Assembly: GCA_023229765.1 (NCBI GenBank)
Contig: JALNYO010000010.1
Span: 40,003-104,002 of the forward strand
Length of the DNA: 64,000 bases
DNA from: Syntrophales bacterium
GTDB lineage: Bacteria; Desulfobacterota; Syntrophia; Syntrophales; UBA5619
Reading direction: 5' to 3'
The notes beneath the pieces were generated by a model, which was not told the origin of the DNA, did not search any database, and saw only the letters and a list, made by a program, of their open reading frames with translations. A program made the position numbers and the translations under genes. Numbering within the stretch: position 1 is the first letter of the stretch; each line of letters begins with the position of its first letter. Below, piece after piece: positions 7,681 to 17,575 of this stretch.

Positions 7681-9375
7681 TTATGATGGAGTAGAAGATA
7701 TCAATTCCTTGCATACAAGCGCTGGGCAGCGTTTTTGCTCAATATGAGCCTCATACTCATCCCTGAAATATTTAAGGCTGCTGAGCAGTGGGTTAGCGGC
7801 GCCTTTGCCCAGAGCGCATAATGCCGCCCCTTGCTGAGCCGCAGCTATCATTTCTAAAAGCGCGATGTCGCCTTTTTTCCCCTTGCCCTCGGTAATGTTA
7901 TTCAGAATCTTTATCATCTGCCGGAGGCCTTCCCGACAAGGGGTACACTTCCCACAGGATTCATTCGACAGGAACTTCAGAAAATATTTAACCATATCAA
8001 CGATACAGGTATTTTCGGCCGTGACAATCAAACCAGGCCCCATTGTCAAGCCGACTTTCGTCAATTCCTCAAAATCAACCGGCAAGTCAAGCATGCTCTC
8101 CGGCACGAAACCTCCCAAGGGGCCGCCTACCTGGACTGCCTTGAATTTTTTATCTCCCGGAATGCCGCCGCCGATATCAAAGACAATCTTTCTAAAGGTC
8201 GTTCCCATCGGCACTTCCACCAAGCCGCTGTTGTTAATCATCCCGGCCAGCGAAAAAACCCTTGTTCCCTTGCTGCGGCTGGTTCCTATCTTCCCATACC
8301 AATCAGCGCCCCGATTGATTATAAGCGGAACATTGGCCCATGTCTGTAAATTGTTCAGGTCGGTCGGGCTAGCCCACAGACCCCTTTCCGTCGCGTGATC
8401 ATACTTTGTGATGGGCTCGCCTACCCGGCCCTCCATTGAAGCCATAAGCGCCGTCGATTCTCCGCAGACATAGCCCCCGCCATCGATGCTAATCCGGATA
8501 TTGAGATCAAAACCGCAACCTAAAATATTTTTACCCAGCAGGCCGTACTCCTCTGCTTGCTTAATGGCGGTCTGGGTATTTTCTACAGTCAGGGGAAATT
8601 CATCCCCCACAAAGACATATCCCTCATTCGCCCCGATAGCATAGGCGCCGATTATCATCCCCTCTAAAATACTGTGAGGATTTCCTTCCATCATTCTTCT
8701 ATCGACAAAAGCGCCCGGGTCGCCCTCATGACAGTTGCAGATAATATACTTGGTTTCAGCCTCAGCATTGCGGCACGCTTCCCACTTTATGCCGGCAGGA
8801 AAACCGCCGCCGCTGCGTCCGCGCAGGTTAGACTGCTTGATTTCGGCGATCACCTGTTCCGGCGACATGTTCAGGAGCGCGTTCACCAAAGCGGAATAGC
8901 CGCCTATCGCCAGATAATCATCGATACTTTTAGGATCAATCTTGTTATTGTCGCCGATAAGAAGCGGCAACTGGTTTTTGTAAAAGGGTATTTCCTGCTG
9001 ATGCACTATTTTTTCGCCGGTATGGGGGTCAGTATAGAGCAGCCGGTCAATGACTTTCTTCCCAACTACAGTCTGAGAAATAATCTCCGGGGCATCTTCC
9101 GGAGTTACACCCAGATAGCAGATCCCCTCGGGATAAATAATAACGATAGGTCCTTTTTCCCCAAATTCAGGGCAGCCAGTTTTTTTGACATCAACCTTGT
9201 TTTGTAAATCCTGTTTTTTAATTTCTTTTTCAAGGGCGCTGATAACGCTATCGTTACCGAGGCCGATGCAGCCGGTTCCGTCATATATCGCAAGAAAAGG
9301 CTTATCGGGATTTCTTTTCGATAAGACGCCTTTCCTGATTTCTTCCAATTCGGCAGGTGAATTTATCCTCGGCAT
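7681..9375 (-). CDS. bamH: BamH (NuoF-like FMN/NAD(P)H-binding, 4Fe-4S subunit)
   Basis: 564 aa with NuoF signatures GRSGGGFPAGIKWE and ESCGKCTPCREG. The position matches bamH. Confidence 0.8.
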   Translation of the reverse strand: MPRINSPAELEEIRKGVLSKRNPDKPFLAIYDGTGCIGLGNDSVISALEKEIKKQDLQNKVDVKKTGCPEFGEKGPIVIIYPEGICYLGVTPEDAPEIISQTVVGKKVIDRLLYTDPHTGEKIVHQQEIPFYKNQLPLLIGDNNKIDPKSIDDYLAIGGYSALVNALLNMSPEQVIAEIKQSNLRGRSGGGFPAGIKWEACRNAEAETKYIICNCHEGDPGAFVDRRMMEGNPHSILEGMIIGAYAIGANEGYVFVGDEFPLTVENTQTAIKQAEEYGLLGKNILGCGFDLNIRISIDGGGYVCGESTALMASMEGRVGEPITKYDHATERGLWASPTDLNNLQTWANVPLIINRGADWYGKIGTSRSKGTRVFSLAGMINNSGLVEVPMGTTFRKIVFDIGGGIPGDKKFKAVQVGGPLGGFVPESMLDLPVDFEELTKVGLTMGPGLIVTAENTCIVDMVKYFLKFLSNESCGKCTPCREGLRQMIKILNNITEGKGKKGDIALLEMIAAAQQGAALCALGKGAANPLLSSLKYFRDEYEAHIEQKRCPALVCKELISSTPS

Positions 9376-9384
9376 AATCTTCCT

Positions 9385-9873
9385 CTAATCGTAGTTTTTC
9401 AATATATCTTTTGCCTTGTCGGGGGTCATATTGCTGTAATAATTTCCATCCACTATCATTACCGGACCGGGCGCACCGTAGCCGAGGCAGTTAACTGTCT
9501 CCAGACTGAACTTCAGCTCTGTATCCGTTTCCCCCGGTTTAATGCCAAGCATTTCCTCAACTGCAGCGAGGATGCGCGGCGCACCCTGCACATAACAGGC
9601 AGTGCCCATGCAAATTTGAACTTCATGACGTCCCTTGGGCATTAAACTAAAGGCCTTATAAAAGCTTGCTATATGCTGTAGTTTGCTTAACGGCAAAGGA
9701 GTTTGCAATTCCTTATTGACCTTCTCCAGCACTTCCTTGGAAAGCCAATGATGTTCTTTCTGAATATCCAGTAATATTTGGATCAGTGAGCCGGCATCAC
9801 CCTGATATTTATTAACAATCTGATCGATTTTATCGTCATCCATAACTACTGTTTTCACCTTCTTCCTTCCCAT
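9385..9873 (-). CDS. bamG: BamG (NuoE-like thioredoxin-fold 2Fe-2S subunit)
   Basis: 162 aa with a NuoE/HoxE-like pattern ICMGTACYVQGA...NCLGYGAPGPVMIVDG. Only three cysteines are present in the whole protein (see findings). Confidence 0.75.
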   Translation of the reverse strand: MGRKKVKTVVMDDDKIDQIVNKYQGDAGSLIQILLDIQKEHHWLSKEVLEKVNKELQTPLPLSKLQHIASFYKAFSLMPKGRHEVQICMGTACYVQGAPRILAAVEEMLGIKPGETDTELKFSLETVNCLGYGAPGPVMIVDGNYYSNMTPDKAKDILKNYD

Positions 9874-9892
9874 AATCCCTATGCATACTCCT

Positions 9893-10678
9893 TCACTTTA
9901 AGACGGGAGAAAAGCGCTTCCGGCTTTCATCGAACCGGACTAAGCCCTGTCTTGCCGAAACCTTCAGGTGTCTGGATACGTCAGAGGGGTTTATGCCTAA
10001 AGTACTGGATATTTCTGCTGCGGAAAGGGGACTTTTTCGCAGCAAAAACATAATTTGGGCGATTGCCAATTTCTCTGCAACTAACTCCCGAAACATCATC
10101 TCGACATCGTCGCTGGCGAAATACTCATCATATTCTTCAACTGTTTCAAAATGAACCCTCAGCCGTTCCCTTTCGACCAGCTTGAGTTGGGGAACCAAAT
10201 TTTTCCCTGTTTCCAGTTTGAAATTCAATTCATCCCTGTCCATCCCCTCGCTCGCGCCGATTGGGCCTAACTCCTTGAGTTTATGCGTAAAGTCAGTTAC
10301 TACTTCGGCAAAACGGATCCCCTCAGAGGCAGAGACCCACTCGATCCTTAGCCTTTCAGGGTTAATCCCCAGCAGTTTCAGCAATTTTCTTAGTATATGC
10401 ATCATGCTCAAGGCATGGTAATTCCCCTCCACGCCATAATGGCATTCACCAAGCCAGCAACCGCCGATAAAAACCCCATCTGCCCCGTTGGCGAAGGCCT
10501 GAAGGATAAATTCCGGATCGACTCTGCCGGAGCACATCAGTCTTATCACTCTTATGTTAGATGGATATTGATACCGCGCAACCCCCGCAAGGTCTGCCCC
10601 GGCGTAGCAGCACCAATTGCATAAAAATCCCAAAATATTCGGTTCAAACTTGTGCCCAATAGCCATTCTTAACTCCAT
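9893..10678 (-). CDS. bamF: BamF (MvhD-like 2Fe-2S domain fused to a C-terminal winged-helix domain)
   Basis: 261 aa. The N-terminal MvhD signature reads FLCNWCCYAGADLAG...RLMCSGRVD. The C-terminal ~60 aa resemble an ArsR-type wHTH (LLRKSPLSAAEISSTLGINPSDVSRHLKVSARQGLV). Confidence 0.75.
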   Translation of the reverse strand: MELRMAIGHKFEPNILGFLCNWCCYAGADLAGVARYQYPSNIRVIRLMCSGRVDPEFILQAFANGADGVFIGGCWLGECHYGVEGNYHALSMMHILRKLLKLLGINPERLRIEWVSASEGIRFAEVVTDFTHKLKELGPIGASEGMDRDELNFKLETGKNLVPQLKLVERERLRVHFETVEEYDEYFASDDVEMMFRELVAEKLAIAQIMFLLRKSPLSAAEISSTLGINPSDVSRHLKVSARQGLVRFDESRKRFSPVLK

Positions 10679-10706
10679 TCCTTGGCAGTAATCCCTGTTT
10701 TTCCCA

Positions 10707-13700
10707 TTATTGCACTTCTACAGGAGCTGGGAATGCCACGTTAATCTGGGAAAGTATCTCTTTATTGGTATAGTGTTTCAGGGAGATAGCGCCTACCGGA
10801 CACTTTGAGTTGCAAAGCCCGCATCCTTTGCAGAGGATGGAGTTGACCCGCACCCTGCTGCCCTGCGGCGTCTCATGAAACTCTATAGCGCCGTCCGTAC
10901 AGGCAGAAAGACACGCCCCGCAGGCAATGCACTCGTTCTCATTCACCTCGCAAACAGCGCCCGAGGCGATAAGCGTATCCCGCGCGAGAATAGTTACCGC
11001 CCGGCTGGCAGCCCCATAAGCCTGGCTGATCGTCTCGGATATGTGCTTGGGATAATGGGCCATCCCGCACAGAAAAACGCCGCTCGTAGAAAAATCAACC
11101 GGCCTTAATTTTACATGGGCTTCCTGGAAGAAGCCGTCCTGGTTCAAAGGCACCTTGAAGAATTGTGATATTTCTTCACTCGTCGCCGCCGGAATGACGG
11201 CAGCGGCCAAAGCAAGCAAATCAGCATCAAGAGCCAGCTTCTTTCCCAAAACCGGATCGGTGACGGTAACCCGGAGGATTTTCCGGCCCTCCTCCTCGGC
11301 GGCCTCCACAACCGGTTTGTCATTGGCCTCATAGCGGACGAACTTTATCTCCTGATTGGCCGCTTCCCGGTAATAATCCTCACTGAACCCGTAGGTTCGC
11401 ATATCCCGAAAGAGAATATAGACATCCATCTGGGGGTTTATCTCTTTTAACTTCAGGGCATTCTTGACAGCCTGGCTGCAACAGACCCGGCTGCAGTAAT
11501 TGCGATCTGCCTGTCGGCAACCGACGCACTGAATCATCACCAGGCTCTGAGCGTTCATCAGCCTTTCTTCCTTTTTGACGATTTTCTCCTCTAATTCCAG
11601 CAGGGTCAATACCCTGTCGTCTTTGCCATAGAGGTACTCGGCAGGCTTATATTCTTCGGCGCCTATAGCAATAATGGATACCCCATGATGTAGCTCCTTG
11701 ACGCTTCCCCCGGATTTTACCCTGGTTGTAAAATTCCCCACGAACCCGGAAACTTCCATGATGGCGGCGCCCTTGGATACATGAATGAGGGGGTGCTGAT
11801 AAACCTTGCGGATCGTGTCACGCAAATATTCTTGAACATCCAAACCTTCCAGGGTGTATGCAAGTCTGCGCGCCACCCCTCCCAGTTCCTTGTCTTTTTC
11901 CAGCAGATAAACCTCAAATCCCTGATTGGCCAAGGCGAGCGCACTGGTCATGCCGGCGATGCCCCCTCCGACCACCAAAGCCCTTTTGTCAACCGGCAGC
12001 TCAAATTCCTGGAGCGGCTGCAAAAGCGAAGCCCGCGATACCGACATCCGGATTAAATCCTTTGCCTTTTTGGTGGCAGATTCCTGCTCGCGGGAGTGCA
12101 CCCAGGCGCAATGCTCCCGAATATTGGCAAATTCAAAGAAATAGGGATTAATCCCCCCTTCACGAACCGTATCCCGGAAGAGCGGCTCATGGGTGCGGGG
12201 GGTGCAGGCGGCGACAACCACGCGATTGAGTCCTTTTTCCCGGATTGTATCCGAGATCTGCCGGGCATTGTCAGTAGAGCACGCAAAGAGGCTTTCCTGA
12301 GCATGAACAACGTTTTTCAGGGTCGAAGCATATTCCGCCACAGAGGGAACATCCACAACTCTTCCGATATTGGTCCCGCAGCGGCACACAAAGACGCCTA
12401 CCCGCGCCTCCTCATCCGAGACATCCTTTTCCACGGGATACATTCTTGCTCTGGCCAGGTCCCCCCGCTGAAAGGCAAGAATTTGACCGCAAAGGGACGC
12501 AGCCCCGCTGGCCCCCATAACCGATTCGGGGATATCCATCGGCCCCTGAAAGGCGCCGCTTACAAAAATCCCCGGACGAGTGGTCTCCATCGGGTTAACA
12601 GGGTTGGTTTTACAGAATCCCTGGGCATTAAGCTCTATGCCGAATTTATTTGCAAATTCCACGGCGCCGGCAGGAGGCGTTAATCCTACGGATAATACCA
12701 CCAGATCGAATTCCTCCTCCTTTACCCCATCTTCGAGAGTCGAGTACCGGATCGTTACATTCTTGCTGTCCGGGATTTCTTTTCCTATCGATACATAGCT
12801 TCTGATAAATCGCACCCCGGGAAGCCCTTCCGCCCGTTGGTAAAATCGCTCGAAATCCTTGCCATAGGCCCTGATGTCGTTATGAAATACCGTACACTCG
12901 ACTGCCGGGTCATGGTCTTTTGTTAAAATTACCTGTTTCTGGGTATATGTGCAGCAGACAGCGGAACAATAGCTGTGTCCGCCCGGGACAACCTGTCGGG
13001 AGCCGACACACTGAATCCAGGCCAGCTTGTGGGGATACTTCCTGTCCGAAGGACGCAGAACCTCGCCTGCGAACGGCCCGGTGGAAGACAGCAGCCTCTC
13101 AAAATCAAGGCTGGTTATTACATTCTGCATCTGACCGTAGCCGTAGTCGCCCCGTGGCTTGGGATCAAATATCTCATAACCCGGCGCCAGAACTATTGCC
13201 CCAACGCTTATTTCCAGCTCCTCCGGCTTTTGTGTAAAATCTATGGCGCCGTTCTTACATATTCCCAGGCAAATGCTGCATTTTTCGTCGTTCAGGTAAA
13301 GGCAGGCTTCCGGGTCAATGTAAGAGATAAGCGGCACTGCCTGAGAAAAATGGATGTGGATTGCTTTGCTCAACGATAATTTTTGGTTATATGGATCAGG
13401 GACCTTCACCGGACAGTACTCTGAACAGGCCGTGCAGCCCGTGCATTTGTCCACATCAACGTACCGGGGCTTTTTAATCAGGGTGGCCTTGAAGTCCCCT
13501 GCTACGCCTTTGACTTTGTCAACTTCCGTGTAGGTCAGGATCTCTATATTGGGATGTCTGTCGCATTCGATAAACTTTGGCGATTCAATGCACATGGAAC
13601 AGTCATTCGTGGGGAACGTCTTATCAAACTGGGACATCTTGCCGCCAATTGTCGTTGATTTCTCAACCAGATAAACCTTGAACCCCATATCCGCAAGGTC

Positions 13701-13808
13701 GAGGGCAGCCTGAATGCCGCTGATCCCTGCGCCGACGACCATCACATCGCCCCAATTGCTTTCTGTGAGACTTTTGCAAGGCTGTCCCGCCACTGCTTCT
13801 TTTCCCAT
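10707..13808 (-). CDS. bamE: BamE (double HdrA-like FAD/FeS protein with ferredoxin inserts)
   Basis: 1033 aa. Two FAD-binding Rossmann starts are present (VMVVGAGISGIQAALDLA and ALVVGGGIAGMTSALALA), along with several CxxCxxCxxxCP ferredoxin motifs. Size and position match bamE. Confidence 0.8.
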   Translation of the reverse strand: MGKEAVAGQPCKSLTESNWGDVMVVGAGISGIQAALDLADMGFKVYLVEKSTTIGGKMSQFDKTFPTNDCSMCIESPKFIECDRHPNIEILTYTEVDKVKGVAGDFKATLIKKPRYVDVDKCTGCTACSEYCPVKVPDPYNQKLSLSKAIHIHFSQAVPLISYIDPEACLYLNDEKCSICLGICKNGAIDFTQKPEELEISVGAIVLAPGYEIFDPKPRGDYGYGQMQNVITSLDFERLLSSTGPFAGEVLRPSDRKYPHKLAWIQCVGSRQVVPGGHSYCSAVCCTYTQKQVILTKDHDPAVECTVFHNDIRAYGKDFERFYQRAEGLPGVRFIRSYVSIGKEIPDSKNVTIRYSTLEDGVKEEEFDLVVLSVGLTPPAGAVEFANKFGIELNAQGFCKTNPVNPMETTRPGIFVSGAFQGPMDIPESVMGASGAASLCGQILAFQRGDLARARMYPVEKDVSDEEARVGVFVCRCGTNIGRVVDVPSVAEYASTLKNVVHAQESLFACSTDNARQISDTIREKGLNRVVVAACTPRTHEPLFRDTVREGGINPYFFEFANIREHCAWVHSREQESATKKAKDLIRMSVSRASLLQPLQEFELPVDKRALVVGGGIAGMTSALALANQGFEVYLLEKDKELGGVARRLAYTLEGLDVQEYLRDTIRKVYQHPLIHVSKGAAIMEVSGFVGNFTTRVKSGGSVKELHHGVSIIAIGAEEYKPAEYLYGKDDRVLTLLELEEKIVKKEERLMNAQSLVMIQCVGCRQADRNYCSRVCCSQAVKNALKLKEINPQMDVYILFRDMRTYGFSEDYYREAANQEIKFVRYEANDKPVVEAAEEEGRKILRVTVTDPVLGKKLALDADLLALAAAVIPAATSEEISQFFKVPLNQDGFFQEAHVKLRPVDFSTSGVFLCGMAHYPKHISETISQAYGAASRAVTILARDTLIASGAVCEVNENECIACGACLSACTDGAIEFHETPQGSRVRVNSILCKGCGLCNSKCPVGAISLKHYTNKEILSQINVAFPAPVEVQ

Positions 13809-13841
13809 TTTTATCTGTCCTTATCAGGTTGCTTCGGTTAC

Positions 13842-14993
13842 CTAAATCAGCTCCTGGATGATTTCCGTAATATCTTTAATCGCCAGCGCTTCGCTATCCT
13901 GCATGTTCAAGCGGCTGTCCTCGAAATTGGTGATGCAGTAAGGACAGGCCGTTACCAGCTCCTCGGCCCCTGCCTCCACCGCCTGCGCCAACCGCAGATC
14001 GGAGAACCGCTCGCTCTTGGGCGTCTCCATCCAGATCCGCCCTCCGCCCCCGCCGCAGCACAGACTGTCCTGCCGGTAATCGGCCATCTCCAAAAGCTCC
14101 AGTCCGTCTATCTTCTTCAAAACCTCCCGCGGCTCGTCGTATATCCCGTTGTGCCGTCCCAGGTAACAGGGATCATGCCAGGCAACCTTCTTTTCGTAAC
14201 CCTTCGCAAGCTTCAGCCGGCCTGAATTGATCAGCTCAAACAGGTACTGGGTGCTGTGAACCAGCTCAAAGTGCACCATGAATTCGGGATATTCGTTCTT
14301 GAAGGTGTGGTAGCAGTGAGGCGAGGAAACCAGAATCTTCTTCACCCCGTTTTCGATAAAAGTCTTGATGTTGGCCCGGGCCAGACGTTTGAATAACTCC
14401 TCATCCCCCGCCTTGCGGATGCTCTCCCCGCAGCAGCCTGCCTGCGCACCCAGAATCCCGAAATCAACCCCTGCCTTGTTGAGGATATTAACCGTCGCGA
14501 CCGCAACCTTTTTCATCCGGGGGTCATAGCTGGGATAGCAGCCGGGAAAATAAAGCAGCTCCATCCCCTCGGCAAACGTCTTTACAGACAGACCTTTTGC
14601 CCAGTCCCCCCGCTTCTCCCGCTTTTCATTCAACGGATTGCCCTCGGCCATCAGGCTGGAGCTGATGCCGCGGAGCGGGCGGACGGAAGTGGGGAACACC
14701 CCGTATTCCGTGGCAACCCGGCGCAGGGAAACCCCCAGCTCGATGATCTTGACGCCGCGGGGACAACGCTGCGGGCAGCGGCCGCAGGTGGTGCAGCGCC
14801 ACATATCGTCGCTTTCGATCTCCGTCAAACCGAAGGTGGCCTGGCGGATGAGCTTGCGCATGCTGAACTTGATCACCCGGTTCCACGGACAGACAGAGTC
14901 GCACATCCCGCATTGATAGCAGAACTTGAAAACCTCTCCGCCGTTTTCCTTGATGACGTCTATTATCTCCCTGTAAGGAGCTACTGTCTCCAT
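13842..14993 (-). CDS. bamD: BamD (HdrD-like FeS protein with CCG domains)
   Basis: 383 aa with two 4Fe-4S motifs (CYQCGMCDSVCP, CTTCGRCPQRCP) and two CCG motifs (AGCCGES, SLCCGGGGG). Confidence 0.8.
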   Translation of the reverse strand: METVAPYREIIDVIKENGGEVFKFCYQCGMCDSVCPWNRVIKFSMRKLIRQATFGLTEIESDDMWRCTTCGRCPQRCPRGVKIIELGVSLRRVATEYGVFPTSVRPLRGISSSLMAEGNPLNEKREKRGDWAKGLSVKTFAEGMELLYFPGCYPSYDPRMKKVAVATVNILNKAGVDFGILGAQAGCCGESIRKAGDEELFKRLARANIKTFIENGVKKILVSSPHCYHTFKNEYPEFMVHFELVHSTQYLFELINSGRLKLAKGYEKKVAWHDPCYLGRHNGIYDEPREVLKKIDGLELLEMADYRQDSLCCGGGGGRIWMETPKSERFSDLRLAQAVEAGAEELVTACPYCITNFEDSRLNMQDSEALAIKDITEIIQELI

Positions 14994-15029
14994 TGCGTTC
15001 CTCTATGCTCTTGTTTCGCCTTAATAATT

Positions 15030-15602
15030 TCAGCCCTTCTGGGACATGGACATCCGGGCAACGGCATCGGTTACCTTCTGCGAGCCATATTTGTTTACCA
15101 AGGACTCCAAGCCTATTTTCAAATCTTCCGGCTTTGCCTCTTTTTCCTTCCCCTCTTCCTCAAACGTTTCTTCATAAGTCAGGGCGCCGAAAGTGCAAGC
15201 CTGCACGCACATCGGCTCCGACAGGGGCGGTTCGTCTTCACACATATCGCATTTTAGAGGAAGACCTGAATCGGGTTCCTTAAAGTGATCCCTGGAGGGG
15301 CAGGAAGCGCCGCAGAAGCTGCACTGGCTGTATTCTTTTTTATCGATAATATAAGATTGTCTGCCGCTGCATTCGGCTGGCGTATAATTAGTGGCGCGCA
15401 CCGGAACGTACAAATCAGTCCGTTCATAAATGAAAACCCGAATCCGGGCCCTCGCCGGATTAATGCTGCTATATCTTGGCGAAGCGTGGAATGCGGCGCA
15501 GGAAAGCTCACAAGCCCGGCAGCCAGTGCACTTATCAACATTAACTTTTATTTCTTTAACTGTTTTCTTTTTTACCCCACCATTCACGGTTAGCACCCCC
15601 AT
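15030..15602 (-). CDS. bamC: BamC (poly-ferredoxin electron-transfer subunit)
   Basis: 190 aa with CTGCRACELSC, CSFCGASCP and CDMCEDE...CVQAC cluster motifs. It lies directly downstream of bamB. Confidence 0.8.
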   Translation of the reverse strand: MGVLTVNGGVKKKTVKEIKVNVDKCTGCRACELSCAAFHASPRYSSINPARARIRVFIYERTDLYVPVRATNYTPAECSGRQSYIIDKKEYSQCSFCGASCPSRDHFKEPDSGLPLKCDMCEDEPPLSEPMCVQACTFGALTYEETFEEEGKEKEAKPEDLKIGLESLVNKYGSQKVTDAVARMSMSQKG

Positions 15603-15625
15603 AGACTTTATTGATGAACATGAAG

Positions 15626-17575
15626 CTACGCTTTTTTCTCTTTTCCGGCCGAAGCAGCTTCGTTATCCTTCAGGATTCCCTTCTGGAGGAAGTCTTCGCT
15701 GACGTAGTCCAAGCCCAGTTTGTCCAACGTCTCTTTGGTAGGAATACCGTCTTTATTCCATCCCTTGAATTCATAATAATCGTCAAGCAGCTTTTGCTCA
15801 TAATCATGGTCTCTGATTGCCCAATGGTCTTCAGGAGGCTTTTCATCAATTCTTCTCATGCCCCTTCGGACATTTAGGGCTCTGACCAGGGTCCGGTTCC
15901 TTTGAAACACTTCCCACAGCAGGGTTTCATCCATCTTTATCCCTGTCGCAAACGATATTAAAGGCGGCATATTATGGATATGGTAAGCCGACCTTCCGCC
16001 AAACTGACCGCCTCGGAATGATGAAAGAAATCCGCAGATCCCGGTGGCATCATCCAGGTAATGCATCGCCTCGTTCCAATCGCAAATGGCGCAAGACGCC
16101 TCATTGGAGATGGTGTCGCGCTTTTCCCATTCCATAAAATATTTTTTAAACTTTTCATCAGGCACCGAAACCCACCCATTTACAAACTCTTTTCTCTGCT
16201 CTATGGTGGGAAGGGGATCCTGGGGGAAGGAGCCTTCAATCTGGGTAATCGCCATCTTCTCACCCGTGGCCAACATGAGAAAATAAACGGGATTCAGCCT
16301 TCCCAGCTTGATAGGCAACTGCTCAAATCTTTTGATGGTGTTATGATCATACGCCTCGGCGCCGTTGCCGATCTGACGCGCCGCCAAAGAAACGCCATTG
16401 GCTAAGATATCCCCGATCCCTTCCCGGTGAACAATTTTTTCCAGCAGATAGAAGAATCGTTCCCTGACGTTTACCGGCATTCCCGGAAAATCATGGTCTT
16501 TCAAAATGCCGGCTTCGTACAGCTCAAGGGCAAAGGCGATAACCTGCGGCGTTGAGTATGAGTCCAAACCGTACTCCTGAGAAATGCCGAGTATCTCATA
16601 ACTGAAGTCCAACTCTTGAAAGGCCGCCATATGATAGGTGTCTTTCCCGTAGCATTTATAGGAGAATGTTGGTTTTCCCGGAAAGGAGATCACATTGTGG
16701 CAGACCTTGGGGCAGTTATAGCAGCTTGTCTGCCGGTTCATATACTTATATTTGAGATTGCGCCATCTCTCTTCGAGTTCCTTGCTCCAGAAATCCCTTC
16801 TTCGCACCCGCGCATTGCCCCAGGAAAAATTGTTGTGGTGAAAACTGTCATCCTCATCAGTCGCCATCCAGTCTCCGACATACGGGTTTTCAGCAATTGA
16901 CTTCCTTAGGTTTTGGCACATCTCAAAAAGCTCTGTCGGCCTTGCGATATTCAGGTCCTTCGTCCCGCGAATCGCTATCGCCTTCAGCCGTTTATCGCCC
17001 ATGATCGAGCCTACGCCGCGGGCCGCGCTGGAGTGGCTGTGATCGATGGAAGCCATATTGACCCTGTTTTCGCCGGCCGGGCCGATAGCCGCCACCTGAA
17101 TTTTTTCGCTCTTCAAATCTCTTTTAATTTGTTCGGCAGTTTCCTGGCAGCCCATACCCCGCAGATGACTGGCATCGCGTATTTCCACCTTGTCATTGTT
17201 TATCCACAAATAAACCAGCTCGGATGATCTGCCACTGATGACTATTTTGTCATAACCGGCATGCTTGAGTTCCGCTCCAAAATATCCCCCCAATAATGAA
17301 TGGGCATGCAAGTTGGTCTGGGAGGAAAAGGTATTAACAATGGTGCGGTTGGCGCCGGGAACAGGGGTTCCTACTAAAAGACCTGAGCTGAAAATTAATA
17401 CATTTTCGGGGGAGAAGGGTTCAACTTCCGCAGGAACCCTGTCCCACAGTATCTTGTCGGCAGTGCCCTGACCACCCAGAAAAAGCTCGGTTAATTTCGG
17501 GTCAGTTTCGACCCTGTCAATGCTTCCCTGGGATAGATCAATCTCTAAATTAAAACCTGTCTCTCCGTACCTCAT
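15626..17575 (-). CDS. bamB: BamB, tungsten-containing aldehyde:ferredoxin-oxidoreductase-family catalytic subunit of class II benzoyl-CoA reductase
   Basis: 649 aa. The N-terminus MRYGETGFNLEIDLSQGSIDRVETDP...ILWDRVPAEVEPFSPEN...VYLWINNDKVEIRDASHLRG is near-colinear with my recollection of Geobacter metallireducens BamB. The gene order B-C-D-E-F-G-H-I is retained. Confidence 0.9.
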   Translation of the reverse strand: MRYGETGFNLEIDLSQGSIDRVETDPKLTELFLGGQGTADKILWDRVPAEVEPFSPENVLIFSSGLLVGTPVPGANRTIVNTFSSQTNLHAHSLLGGYFGAELKHAGYDKIVISGRSSELVYLWINNDKVEIRDASHLRGMGCQETAEQIKRDLKSEKIQVAAIGPAGENRVNMASIDHSHSSAARGVGSIMGDKRLKAIAIRGTKDLNIARPTELFEMCQNLRKSIAENPYVGDWMATDEDDSFHHNNFSWGNARVRRRDFWSKELEERWRNLKYKYMNRQTSCYNCPKVCHNVISFPGKPTFSYKCYGKDTYHMAAFQELDFSYEILGISQEYGLDSYSTPQVIAFALELYEAGILKDHDFPGMPVNVRERFFYLLEKIVHREGIGDILANGVSLAARQIGNGAEAYDHNTIKRFEQLPIKLGRLNPVYFLMLATGEKMAITQIEGSFPQDPLPTIEQRKEFVNGWVSVPDEKFKKYFMEWEKRDTISNEASCAICDWNEAMHYLDDATGICGFLSSFRGGQFGGRSAYHIHNMPPLISFATGIKMDETLLWEVFQRNRTLVRALNVRRGMRRIDEKPPEDHWAIRDHDYEQKLLDDYYEFKGWNKDGIPTKETLDKLGLDYVSEDFLQKGILKDNEAASAGKEKKA

